Assembly (NCBI GenBank): GCA_031459625.1
Contig: JAVKIH010000008.1
Coordinates: forward strand, 1-64,000
From: Candidatus Geohabitans tengchongensis
Lineage (GTDB): Bacteria; Sysuimicrobiota; Sysuimicrobiia; Sysuimicrobiales; Humicultoraceae
Direction of reading: 5' to 3'
DNA: 64,000 bases
This document shows positions 47,726-58,307 of this stretch, one piece after another. The notes below the pieces were generated by a model that saw only the letters and a program-made list of their open reading frames with translations, was not told the origin of the DNA and did no database searches. A program made the position numbers and the translations under genes. Each line of letters opens with the position of its first letter. Positions within the stretch are counted from its first letter, which is position 1.

Positions 47726-48088
47726 TCAGTTCCCGCGCGGGTCCTCCATCAGGAAGGCCGTCGCCGCGGCCACGCTGTCACAGACCTGAATGCGCTCGTC
47801 GAGCCGGACGATGTTCAGCAGTCGCCGAATGGACGACCGCTCCGGCGCCACCAGCGCCAGGCGGGTGCCGTGCTCGCTGGCCAGCACGGCGATCTGGTCC
47901 AGCACGCGCAAACCGCTGGCATCGAAGAACTCCGCCTCCGACAGATACACCACGAGATCCCGCCCCCGCCGCGCGGCCTCGGCCAGCCTGGTGCGGAGCG
48001 CCGGCGCGGTCAGGATGTCCACCTCACCCCGCACGCGGACGATCGTGACTGCATTCCCTTCCACGATGACCTCCAACGTGTCCGGCAT
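47726..48088 (-). CDS. STAS anti-anti-sigma factor (RsbV-like)
   Basis: GEVDILTAPALR, FFDASGL. Confidence 0.85.
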   Translation of the reverse strand: MPDTLEVIVEGNAVTIVRVRGEVDILTAPALRTRLAEAARRGRDLVVYLSEAEFFDASGLRVLDQIAVLASEHGTRLALVAPERSSIRRLLNIVRLDERIQVCDSVAAATAFLMEDPRGN

Positions 48089-48370
48089 GGCCCTCCCCCT
48101 TGCCAGGCCGACACTCCGACCACCAGGTGCCCTCGGCCAGTGGTGGGAAGGCTTCACCGTGGCTGCCCTGTCCCCTGCCCTGCAGGCCGCCGTCACCGGC
48201 AGGGCGCGCATGCGCATCCGCCAGGCGGGACATTTCCCCTCGAGACCGTACATTCTGTGGTAGACGTCGCCGGGTGGGTCGCTGCTCGGCTACCGGCAGC
48301 AGCCCCCCGGGGAGGGATGCCTCGTCCCTGTCCCGGAGCGGGGCGCCCCCTGCGCTGTTCGGGAACGGGC

Positions 48371-48997
48371 ATGGAGCTGGCCACCGTCATCAAGAACCGC
48401 TCGATGTGCCGGCGCTACCACGACCGTGACGTGGAACCGGAGAAGCTGGCGCGCATCCTCGACCTGGCCCGCCGCTTCCCCTCGGCCGGACACACCCAGC
48501 CCCAGGAGTTCATCGTCGTGCGGGACCAGGCGGTGAAGGACGCCCTGGCCCAGGCGGCGCTGGCACAGACCTTCCTCGCCGAGGCGCCCGTGGTGATCGC
48601 CGTCGTCGCCGACACCCGCCGCTCGGCCGCCCGCTACGGTCAACGGGGCGTCCACTTCTACAGCCTCATCGACGGGGCGTTTGCCGCCATGCTCGTCTTG
48701 CTCGCCGCGGTCGACCAGGGGCTGGGGGCCGCCTTCGTCGGGGCGTTCGACGACCGGGAGGTCCAGCGGGTCCTCGGGGTGCCGGCCCCCGTGCGGCCGA
48801 TCGGCCTCATCGCGCTCGGTTACTGCCGGGAGGGCGGGCGGCGGCGGCTCCCTCGGCGCCGGCCGGACGAGATCCTCCACTACGATCGCTACGGCCGCCG
48901 GGGGGCCGCGGTGGGAGGCCGGGCTGGCGCTCCTCGGCCTGACCGGGTTCAGCGACGCACGGGCGAGGGCGGTGCGGTCACGGCGTCAGTTCCATGA
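48371..48997 (+). CDS. Nitroreductase family
   Basis: NRSMCRRY, PSAGHTQP.EF, GLGAAFVG. Confidence 0.88.
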   Translation: MELATVIKNRSMCRRYHDRDVEPEKLARILDLARRFPSAGHTQPQEFIVVRDQAVKDALAQAALAQTFLAEAPVVIAVVADTRRSAARYGQRGVHFYSLIDGAFAAMLVLLAAVDQGLGAAFVGAFDDREVQRVLGVPAPVRPIGLIALGYCREGGRRRLPRRRPDEILHYDRYGRRGAAVGGRAGAPRPDRVQRRTGEGGAVTASVP

Positions 48998-49964
48998 CCT
49001 GCTGCTCCGGGTCCCAGCGGGTGCGCGTGCCGAAGGGGTGGCACAGCCTGGCCAGCAGCCCGGCGATCGCCTCCGCCTCCGCCGGGTCGGCCCGGGAGGC
49101 CTGCATGGCCCGGATCACCGTCGGGTAGAGCCGCACCCGCCGCACCGCCCCCGCCGCCCACTCGACGATGCAGATCACCGACTGGTCGTTCCGCTCGACC
49201 TCGTCGACCGCGTAGTCGTCGACGAAGTCCCCCAGGCAGTAGAGGATCGGGCGACCGCGGTAGAACTCGACGCCGCGGACCACGTGGCCGGAGTGGCCGA
49301 AGATGATGTCCGCGCCCGCGTCGACCAGCGCCCGGGCGAAGGGCGGGTGCTCGGGCGGCGGGCGGTAGCCCCAGTTCGGTCCCCAGTGGGCGGAGACGAC
49401 GAGCACGTCCACCTCGGCCTTCGTCCGGGCGACCACCTCCAGGAGGTGCACCGCCCGCGGGTCCTCGAGGGTGACGGGGACGTACCACACCCCCGGACGG
49501 TCGTCCCCGGCCTCCCAGTCGGGCTCGTTGTCCGTGAAGGCGAGCACCCCGACGCGCAGCCCGCCGCGGACGACCACCGCCGGGCGCGTCGCCTCGGCGA
49601 GGGTGCGCCCCGCCCCGGCGTGGGCGATCCCCGCGCGGTCGAGCCGGTCGAGCATCTCCAGGAGGGCGTCCGCCTCGAAGTCGAAGGTGTGGTTGTTGGC
49701 CAGGGCGACGACGTCGATCCCGGCGACCTGGAGCACCTGTACGTTCTTCCCGTCGGACCGGAAGTGGAAGACCTTGGGCGTGGCGCTCCACGGCCGGCCG
49801 CGGTCGGCGATGACGCACTCCAGGTTGCAGCAGCGGACGTCGGCGGTGCGCACGAGGTCGAGGGTGTCGCCCCACGGGTAGTCCGGGGGGACCCGCCGCA
49901 ACAGGTCGTTCACCAGGCGGCCCAGCATGACGTCGCCGACGAAGAGGAGCTGGATCCCACCCAC
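48978..49964 (-). CDS. CapA family metallophosphatase
   Basis: GDVMLGR, NLEC, LANNH, HWG, GHSGH, LGDF. Confidence 0.9.
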   Translation of the reverse strand: MGGIQLLFVGDVMLGRLVNDLLRRVPPDYPWGDTLDLVRTADVRCCNLECVIADRGRPWSATPKVFHFRSDGKNVQVLQVAGIDVVALANNHTFDFEADALLEMLDRLDRAGIAHAGAGRTLAEATRPAVVVRGGLRVGVLAFTDNEPDWEAGDDRPGVWYVPVTLEDPRAVHLLEVVARTKAEVDVLVVSAHWGPNWGYRPPPEHPPFARALVDAGADIIFGHSGHVVRGVEFYRGRPILYCLGDFVDDYAVDEVERNDQSVICIVEWAAGAVRRVRLYPTVIRAMQASRADPAEAEAIAGLLARLCHPFGTRTRWDPEQQVMELTP

Positions 49965-50127
49965 GCTTCTATTGTCGACCACCCTGAGCCGCCCGCGGGC
50001 CATGAGGGATCCCGGAGGAATCCCGGCGGTCGCCGCCGACGTTGTTCCTTATGAGCCCCGGGAACCGGTCTGGCCGGACCGAGGGTGCACGGAGGCCGTC
50101 CGGCCGCAGCGGCGAGAGGAGGCCGAG

Positions 50128-51300
50128 ATGCTTCACAACCGTCCTACCGCCCACCTGGCGCACATCATCGTCCTGACCGTGGTGACCTGGGCGCTGGGCG
50201 TCCTCGTCGCCACGGTGCCGGTGGCCGGGCAGGCGCCGCGCTCACCCACGCCCGAGCCCACCGACGCTCCCGTCCGCGTCGAGACCGTCGCGCGCGGCCT
50301 GGAGCACCCGTGGGGGCTGGCCTTCCTGCCGGACGGGCGAATGCTGGTCACGGAGCGGCCGGGCCGGCTACGCCTGGTGGAGCGGGACGGACGGCTCTCG
50401 GAGCCGCTGTCCGGCGTCCCCCCGGTGTACGCCCGGGGCCAGGGCGGGCTGCTGGACGTGGCCCTCAGCCCGACCTTCGCGCAGGACCGCCTCGTCTACC
50501 TCTCGTTCGCGGAGCCGGGGGCCGGGGGTGCCGGAACCGCCGTCGCCCGCGGCCGGCTCGGGGAACGGGGCCTGGACGGGACCCAGGTGATCTGGCGGCA
50601 GCAGCCCAAGGTCGAAGGCCCCAACCACTGGGGGTCCCGCCTGGTCTTCCGGCGCGACGGGACGCTCTTCGTCACGCTGGGCGACCGCTTCGCCTACCGG
50701 GAGCGGGCCCAGGACCTCTCCACCACCATCGGCAAGATCGTGCGCCTCAACGCCGACGGATCGGTGCCGCGCGACAACCCCTTCGTGGGCCGCCCGGGCG
50801 CGCGTCCCGAGATCTGGTCCTACGGGCACCGGAACGTCCAGGCCGCCGCCCTCCACCCGCAGACGGGACAGCTGTGGACCGCAGAGCACGGCCCGCGCGG
50901 GGGCGACGAGCTGAACCACCCGGAGGCCGGCAAGAACTACGGCTGGCCGGTGATCACCTACGGGGTCGACTACTCCGGCGCCCGCATCGGCGAGGGGACG
51001 GCGAAGCCGGGCATGGAGCAGCCGGTCTACTACTGGGATCCGGTCATCGCGCCGTCAGGGATGACCTTCTACACCGGCCAGGTCTTCCCCGACTGGCGGG
51101 GGAGCCTCTTCATCGGCTCGCTGCGTCCGGGGCTGCTGGTGCGGTTGACGCTGGCCGACGGCCGCGTGACCCGGGAGGAGCGCTACCTGGCGCACCTACG
51201 GGAGCGCATCCGCGACGTCCGGCAAGGGCCGGACGGCCTGCTCTACCTGCTCACGGACAGCCCCGAGGGGCGCATCCTGCGGGTGGCCCCGGCGCGCTAG
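50128..51300 (+). CDS. PQQ-dependent sugar dehydrogenase (YliI-like)
   Basis: [40 protein letters not shown]. Confidence 0.92.
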   Translation: MLHNRPTAHLAHIIVLTVVTWALGVLVATVPVAGQAPRSPTPEPTDAPVRVETVARGLEHPWGLAFLPDGRMLVTERPGRLRLVERDGRLSEPLSGVPPVYARGQGGLLDVALSPTFAQDRLVYLSFAEPGAGGAGTAVARGRLGERGLDGTQVIWRQQPKVEGPNHWGSRLVFRRDGTLFVTLGDRFAYRERAQDLSTTIGKIVRLNADGSVPRDNPFVGRPGARPEIWSYGHRNVQAAALHPQTGQLWTAEHGPRGGDELNHPEAGKNYGWPVITYGVDYSGARIGEGTAKPGMEQPVYYWDPVIAPSGMTFYTGQVFPDWRGSLFIGSLRPGLLVRLTLADGRVTREERYLAHLRERIRDVRQGPDGLLYLLTDSPEGRILRVAPAR

Positions 51301-51349
51301 CGCCGGGCGCCGCCATCGCACACCAGACGACGGGGAAGGGGGTGGTCTC

Positions 51350-51769
51350 ATGACTCCAGTGGATTGGGGGTTGCTGGTCCTGCGCGTCGGGCTGGGGGTG
51401 ACGTTCCTGCCTCACGGCTGGAACAAGATCACCCCCCGGGGCCCGATGAGGGGGCCGGCGGGGTTTGCTGGCTGGCTGCGGCAGCTGGGGGTGCCGGCGC
51501 CGCTCTTCTTCGCCTGGGTCGTGGCGCTGATGGAGTCGGTGGGGGCGGTGCTGCTCATCCTGGGGCTGCTCACGCGCCTGATCGCGCTGGGCCTGGCCAT
51601 CAACATGCTCGTGGCCATCACGCTGGTCAAGCGGGGGATGGCCAAGAAGCGCTTCATAGAGGCGGACGGGACCGGATGGGAGTTGGAGTTCGCCCTGCTG
51701 GTGGCGGCGCTGGCGCTGGTGCTGGCGGGGGCTGGGCGGATCGCCCTCGACCCGATGGTCGGGCTGTAG
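51350..51769 (+). CDS. DoxX family membrane protein
   Basis: LR..LG..F..HG..K, GWELE, GAGRIALD. Confidence 0.88.
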   Translation: MTPVDWGLLVLRVGLGVTFLPHGWNKITPRGPMRGPAGFAGWLRQLGVPAPLFFAWVVALMESVGAVLLILGLLTRLIALGLAINMLVAITLVKRGMAKKRFIEADGTGWELEFALLVAALALVLAGAGRIALDPMVGL

Positions 51770-51994
51770 CATGAAGGGTACGGCACTCCCTCTTCCAGTC
51801 CTTTCTTCCAGTGAAGGGGAATCCCCCGACCGCCAGATTGCCAGCTCCATGGATCCACCCGCCATCGTCACTGAGGGGGGAGTGTCCGTGCGCGGCATCG
51901 AGATCCGGGACCGGGGAGCGTACCTGACCAGGCGTCACGCCGATGCTCCGTCGGCGCGGCAGGCCTTTCAGGTTCGGGAGTAGAACACCCCCTC

Positions 51995-52648
51995 GTGTTC
52001 CTGGGTCACTACGGGGCGGCCTTCGCCGTCAGGCCTGCCGCGCCGCGTCTCCCGTTGGGGACCTGCGTGCTGGCGGCGCAGTGGGCCGACCTGCTGTGGC
52101 CCGCGCTGCTGCTGGCGGGGGTCGAGCGGGTGCGCATCACCCCGGGCACGACCGTCCTGAACCCCCTCGAGTTCATCCACTACCCCGTGAGTCACAGCCT
52201 CCTGGCCCTGGTCGGTTGGGGAGTCGCGCTGGGCGGGCTCACCTGGTGGCGCCGGCGGGCCCTGGCGGACGGGGTCGTGATTGCCGCCCTGGTAGTCAGC
52301 CACTGGGTTCTCGACCTGTTCGTCCACCGGCCCGACCTGCCGGTCTGGCCCGGCAGTCCGCCAGCAGGCCTGGGCCTATGGAACTCCCCACTCGCCACGT
52401 ACCTGCTCGAGGCCGGCACCCTGCTCGTGGGGCTGGTGCTCTACCTGCGCGCCACCGTCCCCCGTGACCGCGTGGGGGCTCTGGCGCTGTGGGGGGTCGT
52501 CCTGGTGCTCGCGGCGGCGTACCTCGCGGGCGTCCTGGGCCCGCCCCCGGCTTCCGTCCAGGGGGTGGCGGTGACCGCGCTGGTGGGCGGCTGGGCGCTC
52601 GTGGCCTGGGCCTACTGGATCGACCGGCACCGCAGGGCGGCCTCGTAG
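51995..52648 (+). CDS. Membrane protein, metal-dependent-hydrolase-like
   Basis: MFLGH, HYPVSHSL, SHWVLD..VH..DLP, GLGLW. Confidence 0.75.
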   Translation: MFLGHYGAAFAVRPAAPRLPLGTCVLAAQWADLLWPALLLAGVERVRITPGTTVLNPLEFIHYPVSHSLLALVGWGVALGGLTWWRRRALADGVVIAALVVSHWVLDLFVHRPDLPVWPGSPPAGLGLWNSPLATYLLEAGTLLVGLVLYLRATVPRDRVGALALWGVVLVLAAAYLAGVLGPPPASVQGVAVTALVGGWALVAWAYWIDRHRRAAS

Positions 52649-52809
52649 CACCGACCCACCTTCGCTCGGGTGGCTACACTCGGGGACAGGCGGCCACCCA
52701 GGACGACCAGGAGCACGGTTACGGCCAGCGGGCCGGGAGGCGCAGCACCAGACCGCGGGCGCCCTCGACCCGCACGCGCCCTCGACTCGCACGCGCATAC
52801 CGTCGCTAC

Positions 52810-52856
52810 TTGACAGTGGACCCCGACCCCGACTATTGATTGATCGATCAATCAAT
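52810..52856 (+). promoter_or_regulatory. -35 box plus perfect 22-bp palindrome (probable TetR operator)
   Basis: TTGACA at 52810; ATTGATTGATCGATCAATCAAT at 52835-52856. Confidence 0.8.
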
Positions 52857-52905
52857 TTCTTCCCCGTCGATGGTCGTTCGGCGTGTGGGACTGCGGGGTG
52901 GCAGG

Positions 52906-54321
52906 ATGCGCGTGGGGGGCAGGGGGTCGACGTCGGGCAGGGGGTGGGACGGCGGCCGGCGGCACGGACGTCGTCCGCAAGGGCGACCGGGCTCCCTGGC
53001 GGTCTCCCTGGTCCTGGGCCTCGTGCTCGTGAGCCAGCCCATGCCGGCGGCGGCCCAGCCGGCACCGGCGGAGCGGTCGCTGACCTTCGCCGAGGTGGCG
53101 ACGGTGGCGCTGCGGGACAGCCTGCAGCTGCGCGCGGCTGCCTTCGAGGTGGCCGTGGCGCAGGCGCAGCTCGCCCAGGCCCGCGCCGGGCGCGGGCCTC
53201 AGCTCACCGTGACGGGCAGCTACACCCGCATCCAGGAGCGCCCCGGCCAGCAGATGACCATCCCCAACCCGTTTGGCGATCCGCCCACCGTGACCATCAC
53301 CCTGCCGCCGCCCGACCCCAACGTCCTGGCGGTGCGGGTGGCCCTGCAGTACCCGCTCTACACGGGAGGACGGCTGGAGGCGCAGGTGGCCCTGGCGGAG
53401 GCCAACCTGCGCGGGGCGGAAGCCGTCTTCGCCCGCGTCCAGCAGCAGGTCGTCTCCGCGGCCCAGCAGCTCTACCTGCGCGGCCTGGCCGCCCAGGCCA
53501 ACCTGCGGGCGGCGGCGAACGCGCTGGCGCAGGCGGAGGAGGGCCTGCGCGTGGCGCGTGCGCGCGAGCGGGCGGGGGTCGCGGCGCGCGTCGACGTCGT
53601 GCAGGCGGAGGTGGCGGTGGCGGGCGCGCGCCAGGGCGTGGCGCGCGCAGACGCCACGGTGCGCAGCGTGGAGGCCGAACTGAACGCTGCCCTCAACCTC
53701 CCCCTGAGCACCCCGCTTCGCCTGACGGAGGCCCTCGTCCCCCGCCCGGTCTCTATCACATTGGAGGCCGCCGTGCCGCGGGCCCTGGAGGCCCGGCCCG
53801 AGCTGCGCGAACTGCGCGCCCGCCAGGACGCCGCCCGGGCGGCCATCGAGCTGGCGCGGAGCGGGGCGCGACCCAACGTCACCGCCGCCGTGAACTACGA
53901 CGTGGGCGGGGGCGGGCTGACGAACCTGAGCGGCGCCTGGTCGGTGACGTTCGCGGTGACGCTGCTCCTCTCCGACGGGGGCGTTACTCGCGAGCGCGTC
54001 CGGGAAGCCGAACTGCGGCTGGAGCAACTCGGCGTCCAGGAGGCGCAGGTGCGCCAGCGGATCGAGCTGGAGGTGCGGCAGGCCTTCCTGGCGCTGCGGC
54101 AGGCGGCGGTGCAGATCGAGGCCGCACAGCAGGGGGTGGAGCAGGCGCGCGAAGCGCTCCGGCTGGCCCGGGTGCGCTACGAGGCCGGCGTGGGGACGGT
54201 GCTGGAGGTCCTGGCGGCTCAGACGGCGCTGGCGCAGGCGGAGGCACAGCACGCGGCGGCGCTCTTCGAGCAGAACCAGGCGCGGCTGGCGCTCCTCCTG
54301 GCCATGGGCGGCGCGTTCTGA
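52906..54321 (+). CDS. TolC family outer membrane efflux protein
   Basis: Signal-like segment; PLYTGG; RYEAGVGT.LEVL.AQ; start uncertain. Confidence 0.88.
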   Translation: MRVGGRGSTSGRGWDGGRRHGRRPQGRPGSLAVSLVLGLVLVSQPMPAAAQPAPAERSLTFAEVATVALRDSLQLRAAAFEVAVAQAQLAQARAGRGPQLTVTGSYTRIQERPGQQMTIPNPFGDPPTVTITLPPPDPNVLAVRVALQYPLYTGGRLEAQVALAEANLRGAEAVFARVQQQVVSAAQQLYLRGLAAQANLRAAANALAQAEEGLRVARARERAGVAARVDVVQAEVAVAGARQGVARADATVRSVEAELNAALNLPLSTPLRLTEALVPRPVSITLEAAVPRALEARPELRELRARQDAARAAIELARSGARPNVTAAVNYDVGGGGLTNLSGAWSVTFAVTLLLSDGGVTRERVREAELRLEQLGVQEAQVRQRIELEVRQAFLALRQAAVQIEAAQQGVEQAREALRLARVRYEAGVGTVLEVLAAQTALAQAEAQHAAALFEQNQARLALLLAMGGAF

Positions 54322-54365
54322 GGGCGGGATGCGGAGGTGGCGGCGGTGCGCCACGGGGGTGAGCG

Positions 54366-55055
54366 GTGAGCCGGGGAGGGCGGACGCAGGAGCGACGGGC
54401 CGGAGGGACGGGACGGGGAAGGAAGGCGTCGGGAGACCGGCGCGAGCAGATCCTGGAAGCCGCCTTCCGCGTCTTCAGCCGCAAGGGCTTCACCGGCGCC
54501 ACCAACCGGGAGATCGCCGAAGCCGCCGGGATCACACCGGGCCTGATCTACTGGTACTTCCCCACCAAGGAGGCCCTCTTCCTGGAGACCGTGTACGCGA
54601 AGTCCCCGGTCCTGGCCGTCGTGCGCCTGACGGACGAGCTGCTGGAGGCCCCGCCGCGGGCGTTCTTCTCCCGGGTGGCGTCGATGATCTTCGAGCACAT
54701 CTACGAGCAGCCGCGGATGATCGCGACGCTGCGGTTCCTCCTGGCCGAGGCCCTCCGCACGCCGGCCGTGCGACGGCTGTTCCGGGAGCACGCCCTCCGG
54801 CGTGGGCTGGAGGCCCTGGCCCGGTACATCGCCCACCAGGTCGAACGCGGGACGCTGCGTCCCGTGGATCCCCAGATGGCCGGACGGCTCTTCCTGGGGA
54901 TGGTGATGTCCCAGGTGCTGCTGGGCCGCCTGCTCGAGTTCCCCCCACCCGGGCCGACGCGGGTGCTGGTGGACGAGCTGGTGGAGACCTACCTGCGCGG
55001 CGTGCTGCGGATGCCGGAAAGGCCTGGAGCGGGAGGAGGGCGGGGGAGCTCATGA
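54366..55055 (+). CDS. TetR family regulator
   Basis: ILEAA..VF..KGF..AT..EIA..AG...GLIYWYFPTKE.LF. Confidence 0.92.
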   Translation: MSRGGRTQERRAGGTGRGRKASGDRREQILEAAFRVFSRKGFTGATNREIAEAAGITPGLIYWYFPTKEALFLETVYAKSPVLAVVRLTDELLEAPPRAFFSRVASMIFEHIYEQPRMIATLRFLLAEALRTPAVRRLFREHALRRGLEALARYIAHQVERGTLRPVDPQMAGRLFLGMVMSQVLLGRLLEFPPPGPTRVLVDELVETYLRGVLRMPERPGAGGGRGSS

Positions 55056-56392
55056 GGCGCGTGCGGATCGCCGTCGTGCTGGTCGGGCTGGTCGGCGCGG
55101 CCGTCGCCTACGTGGTCTGGCCGCGGGCGCGCCCCGACCCCACCCGGCTGGAGGCCTCGGGGACGATCGAGGTCGCGCACGTGGACGTGGCCCCCAAGGT
55201 GGCCGGCCGTGTGGCAGCGCTCCACGTCCGCGAAGGGGACCAGGTGGCGGCAGGTCAGGTGGTGGCCGAGTTGGAGCGCGAGGAGCTGGAGGCGCAGGTC
55301 CGTCAGGCCGAGGCCAGCCTGGCGGCGGCCCGCGCGCGGTTGCGCCTGGCCGAGGCCGGGGTGGCGCTCGCCCGAGCGCAGACCGAAGCGTCGGTGGCAC
55401 AGGCCCGGGCCGCCGAGCAGGGCGCGCGCACCCGCGTGCCCCAGGCCGCGGAGGCGGCGGCGTTGCAAGGCGAGGCCGTGGCGGCGCAGGTGGGCCAGGC
55501 CCGGGCGCAGGTGACCGCTGCCGGGGCGGTGTTGCGGGCGGCCGAGGCCGCCCTGCGCGGGGCCGAGGCCCGCGTGCGGGCCGCGCAGGCCGCGCTCGAT
55601 GGGGCCAGGGACGAGGCCCGCCGGGCAGAGCTCCTGTTCCGGGAGGGGGCCATGGCGGCCCAGCAGGCGGAGGCGGCGCAGACGGCGGCCCTCGCCGCCG
55701 CGGCGCAGCTCGACGCCGCACGGGCCGAGCGGGACGCCCTCCGCCAGCAGCGCGTGGCGGCGGATGCGGCCCTGCGCCAGGCCCGGGCAGCGTTGGCGGC
55801 CGCGGAGGCCAACCAGCGCACGGTGAGCGTGCGCCGCCTCGACGTGGCGGCGGCGCAGGCGCAGGTCCGGCAGGCTGAGGCCGCCACCATGGGCGCCCGC
55901 GCCGGCCTGGTGGCCCTCCGGCAGCGGGAGCAGGAGGTGGCGGCGGCTCGGGCCGCCGTGGCGCAAACCGAGGCCGCCCTGGCCCTGGCCCTGGCTGTCC
56001 GTGACCAGACCGTGCTGCGCGCGCCGCTCCCCGGCACGATCATCTCGCGCCAGCTCGAGGTCGGCGACTTCGCCGCACCCGGCACCCCCGTCCTGACAAT
56101 CGCGGATCTGACCCGGGCCTACCTGCGCGTCTTCGTCCCCGAGACGGCCATCGCGCGGGTGCGGCTGGGGCAGCCCGTGGAGGTGCGGGTCGACGCCTTC
56201 CCCGACCGCGTCTTCCGGGGACGGGTCCAGGAGGTGGCCAGCCGGGCCGAGTTCACCCCCGGCAACGTGCAGACCCGGGAGGAACGCACGAAGCTGGTCT
56301 TCGCCGTCCGCGTCGAGGTCCCCAACTCCCACGGCCTGCTCAAGCCGGGCCTGCCGGCCGACGCCGTGATCCTGACCGCCGTCGAGCCCTGA
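55052..56392 (+). CDS. HlyD family membrane fusion protein (YbhG-like)
   Basis: ASGTIE, coiled coil, AEFTP.NVQT.EER, LKPG.PAD. Confidence 0.9.
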   Translation: MRRVRIAVVLVGLVGAAVAYVVWPRARPDPTRLEASGTIEVAHVDVAPKVAGRVAALHVREGDQVAAGQVVAELEREELEAQVRQAEASLAAARARLRLAEAGVALARAQTEASVAQARAAEQGARTRVPQAAEAAALQGEAVAAQVGQARAQVTAAGAVLRAAEAALRGAEARVRAAQAALDGARDEARRAELLFREGAMAAQQAEAAQTAALAAAAQLDAARAERDALRQQRVAADAALRQARAALAAAEANQRTVSVRRLDVAAAQAQVRQAEAATMGARAGLVALRQREQEVAAARAAVAQTEAALALALAVRDQTVLRAPLPGTIISRQLEVGDFAAPGTPVLTIADLTRAYLRVFVPETAIARVRLGQPVEVRVDAFPDRVFRGRVQEVASRAEFTPGNVQTREERTKLVFAVRVEVPNSHGLLKPGLPADAVILTAVEP

Positions 56393-56395
56393 GCC

Positions 56396-57367
56396 GTGCA
56401 GTCCCCCGAGCTCGCCGTCACCTGCGCGGCCCTCACCCGACGCTTCGGGCCGGTCGTGGCCGTGGACGGCGTAGACCTGCAGGTCCCCCGGGGCGAGATC
56501 TTCGCGCTGGTGGGCCCCGACGGGGCAGGGAAGACGACGCTCATGCGACTGCTGTGCGGCCTCCTCCGCCCCGACGGCGGCACGGCCGCGGTGGCCGGGA
56601 TCGACGTCCTCGCCGACCCCGAAGCCGCAAGACGGCGCCTCGGGTACATGCCGCAGCGCTTCAGCCTCTACGGCGACCTCACCGCGGTGGAGAACCTGCG
56701 CCTCTACGCCGGCCTCTACCAGGTCCCTGCGGCGGTCTTCCGGGAGCGCGCCGAGCGCCTGCTCGGGGAGTTCCGCCTCCTCCCCGTTGCCGACCGGCTC
56801 GCCCAGCACCTCTCCGGCGGCATGCGGCAGAAGCTGGCCCTGGCCTGCACGCTGGTCCACGCCCCCGAGGTCCTGCTCCTCGACGAGCCGACGACGGGCG
56901 TGGACCCGGTCTCCCGGCGGCTGTTCTGGCGCATCCTCTACGACCTCAACCGCGCCGGCCTCACTGTGTGCGTGAGCACGCCCTACATGGACGAGGCGGA
57001 GCGGTGCTCCCGCGTGGGCCTGATGGACCGGGGGCGGCTCATCGCCTGCGACGCGCCGGGGGCGCTGCGGGCGGCCATGGGCGGCGAGATCCTCGAGGTG
57101 GTGGCCGAGCCCCGCGCGCAGGCCAGGCGCCACCTCCGCCACCACCCGCTCGTGCGCAGCCTGGAGGTGTTCGGGGATCGCCTGCACGTGCTCGTCGACT
57201 CGGCCCGGGCGGCGGCCCCCGTCTTGCGGGCCGCGCTGGAGGCGGAGGGTGTCGCGGTGCGGGGCCTCCACCCCGTGCGGCCGACGCTGGAGGACGTCTT
57301 CGTGGCCCGCCTCACGGCCCCGGGCGCAGGCGGCGCCCGGGGCGCCCCATGCCGCTGGGAGGCGTAA
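56396..57367 (+). CDS. ABC ATPase
   Basis: GPDGAGKT, LSGGMRQK, DEPTTGVDP. Confidence 0.92.
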   Translation: MQSPELAVTCAALTRRFGPVVAVDGVDLQVPRGEIFALVGPDGAGKTTLMRLLCGLLRPDGGTAAVAGIDVLADPEAARRRLGYMPQRFSLYGDLTAVENLRLYAGLYQVPAAVFRERAERLLGEFRLLPVADRLAQHLSGGMRQKLALACTLVHAPEVLLLDEPTTGVDPVSRRLFWRILYDLNRAGLTVCVSTPYMDEAERCSRVGLMDRGRLIACDAPGALRAAMGGEILEVVAEPRAQARRHLRHHPLVRSLEVFGDRLHVLVDSARAAAPVLRAALEAEGVAVRGLHPVRPTLEDVFVARLTAPGAGGARGAPCRWEA

Positions 57368-57368
57368 C

Positions 57369-58307
57369 GTGGCGGTTTCGGTCCGCGCCGAGGGCCTGAC
57401 GAGACGCTTCGGCGCGTTCGTCGCCGTCGACCACGTCTCGTTCGAGATCGCGCCGGGGGAGATCTGGGGATTCCTCGGGCCCAACGGCGCGGGGAAGTCG
57501 ACGACCATCCGCATGCTGTGCGGCGTCCTGGCGCCCTCAGGGGGCCGGGCGGAGGTCCTCGGCTACGACGTCCGACGCCACCCCGAGGCGGTCAAGGCGC
57601 GCATCGGCTACATGTCGCAGCGCTTCGCCCTCTGGTCCGACCTGACCGTGCGTGAGAACCTGGCGTTCTACGCCGGGGTCTACGGGCTGCGCGGGCGGGA
57701 GGCGCACGAGCGCATCGCCCTCTGGCTGGCGCGGGTCGGGCTGCTCGACCGGCAGCATGCGCTGGCGGGGACGTTGTCCGGCGGGTCCCGCCAGCGCCTG
57801 GCGCTGGCGGCCGCCGCGCTCCACCGGCCGCCGGTGGTCTTCCTGGACGAGCCCACCGCGGGCATGGACCCGCTCTCGCGCCGGCAGTTCTGGGAGCTGA
57901 TCGGCGGGTTCGCCGAGGACGGGACGACCGTCATGGTCACCACGCACTACATGGACGAGGCCGAGCACTGCGACCGCCTGGCCTTCATCCACCAAGGGCG
58001 GATCATCGCTCAGGGCCCCCCGGTGGAGATCAAGGCGCGCCAGATGGTGGGGCAGGTGCTGGAGGTGCGGGTGGAGCCCCTCATCGAGGCCCTGGGGGTG
58101 GTGGAGGGGCACCCTGCCGTGCGGGAGGCCGCGCTCTACGGGGCGGCGATCCACGCCACGGTGGACCAGCGCGAGGCCGGGCCGGCGCTGGCCGCGGCGC
58201 TGGCGGCCCGCGGCTTCGCGGTGGAGGGCGTGGAGCCGATCCTGCCGTCGCTGGAGGACGTCTTCGTCGCGCTGGTGGAGGCGCGGGAGCGGGAGGCGGC
58301 CGCGTGA
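57369..58307 (+). CDS. ABC ATPase
   Basis: GPNGAGKS, DEPTAG.DP, TTHYMDEAE. Confidence 0.92.
   Translation: MAVSVRAEGLTRRFGAFVAVDHVSFEIAPGEIWGFLGPNGAGKSTTIRMLCGVLAPSGGRAEVLGYDVRRHPEAVKARIGYMSQRFALWSDLTVRENLAFYAGVYGLRGREAHERIALWLARVGLLDRQHALAGTLSGGSRQRLALAAAALHRPPVVFLDEPTAGMDPLSRRQFWELIGGFAEDGTTVMVTTHYMDEAEHCDRLAFIHQGRIIAQGPPVEIKARQMVGQVLEVRVEPLIEALGVVEGHPAVREAALYGAAIHATVDQREAGPALAAALAARGFAVEGVEPILPSLEDVFVALVEAREREAAA

Noticed and set aside
51771..51983. 70-aa ORF between DoxX and the next gene
   Set aside because: No SD, no motif and atypical codon usage; cannot be supported.
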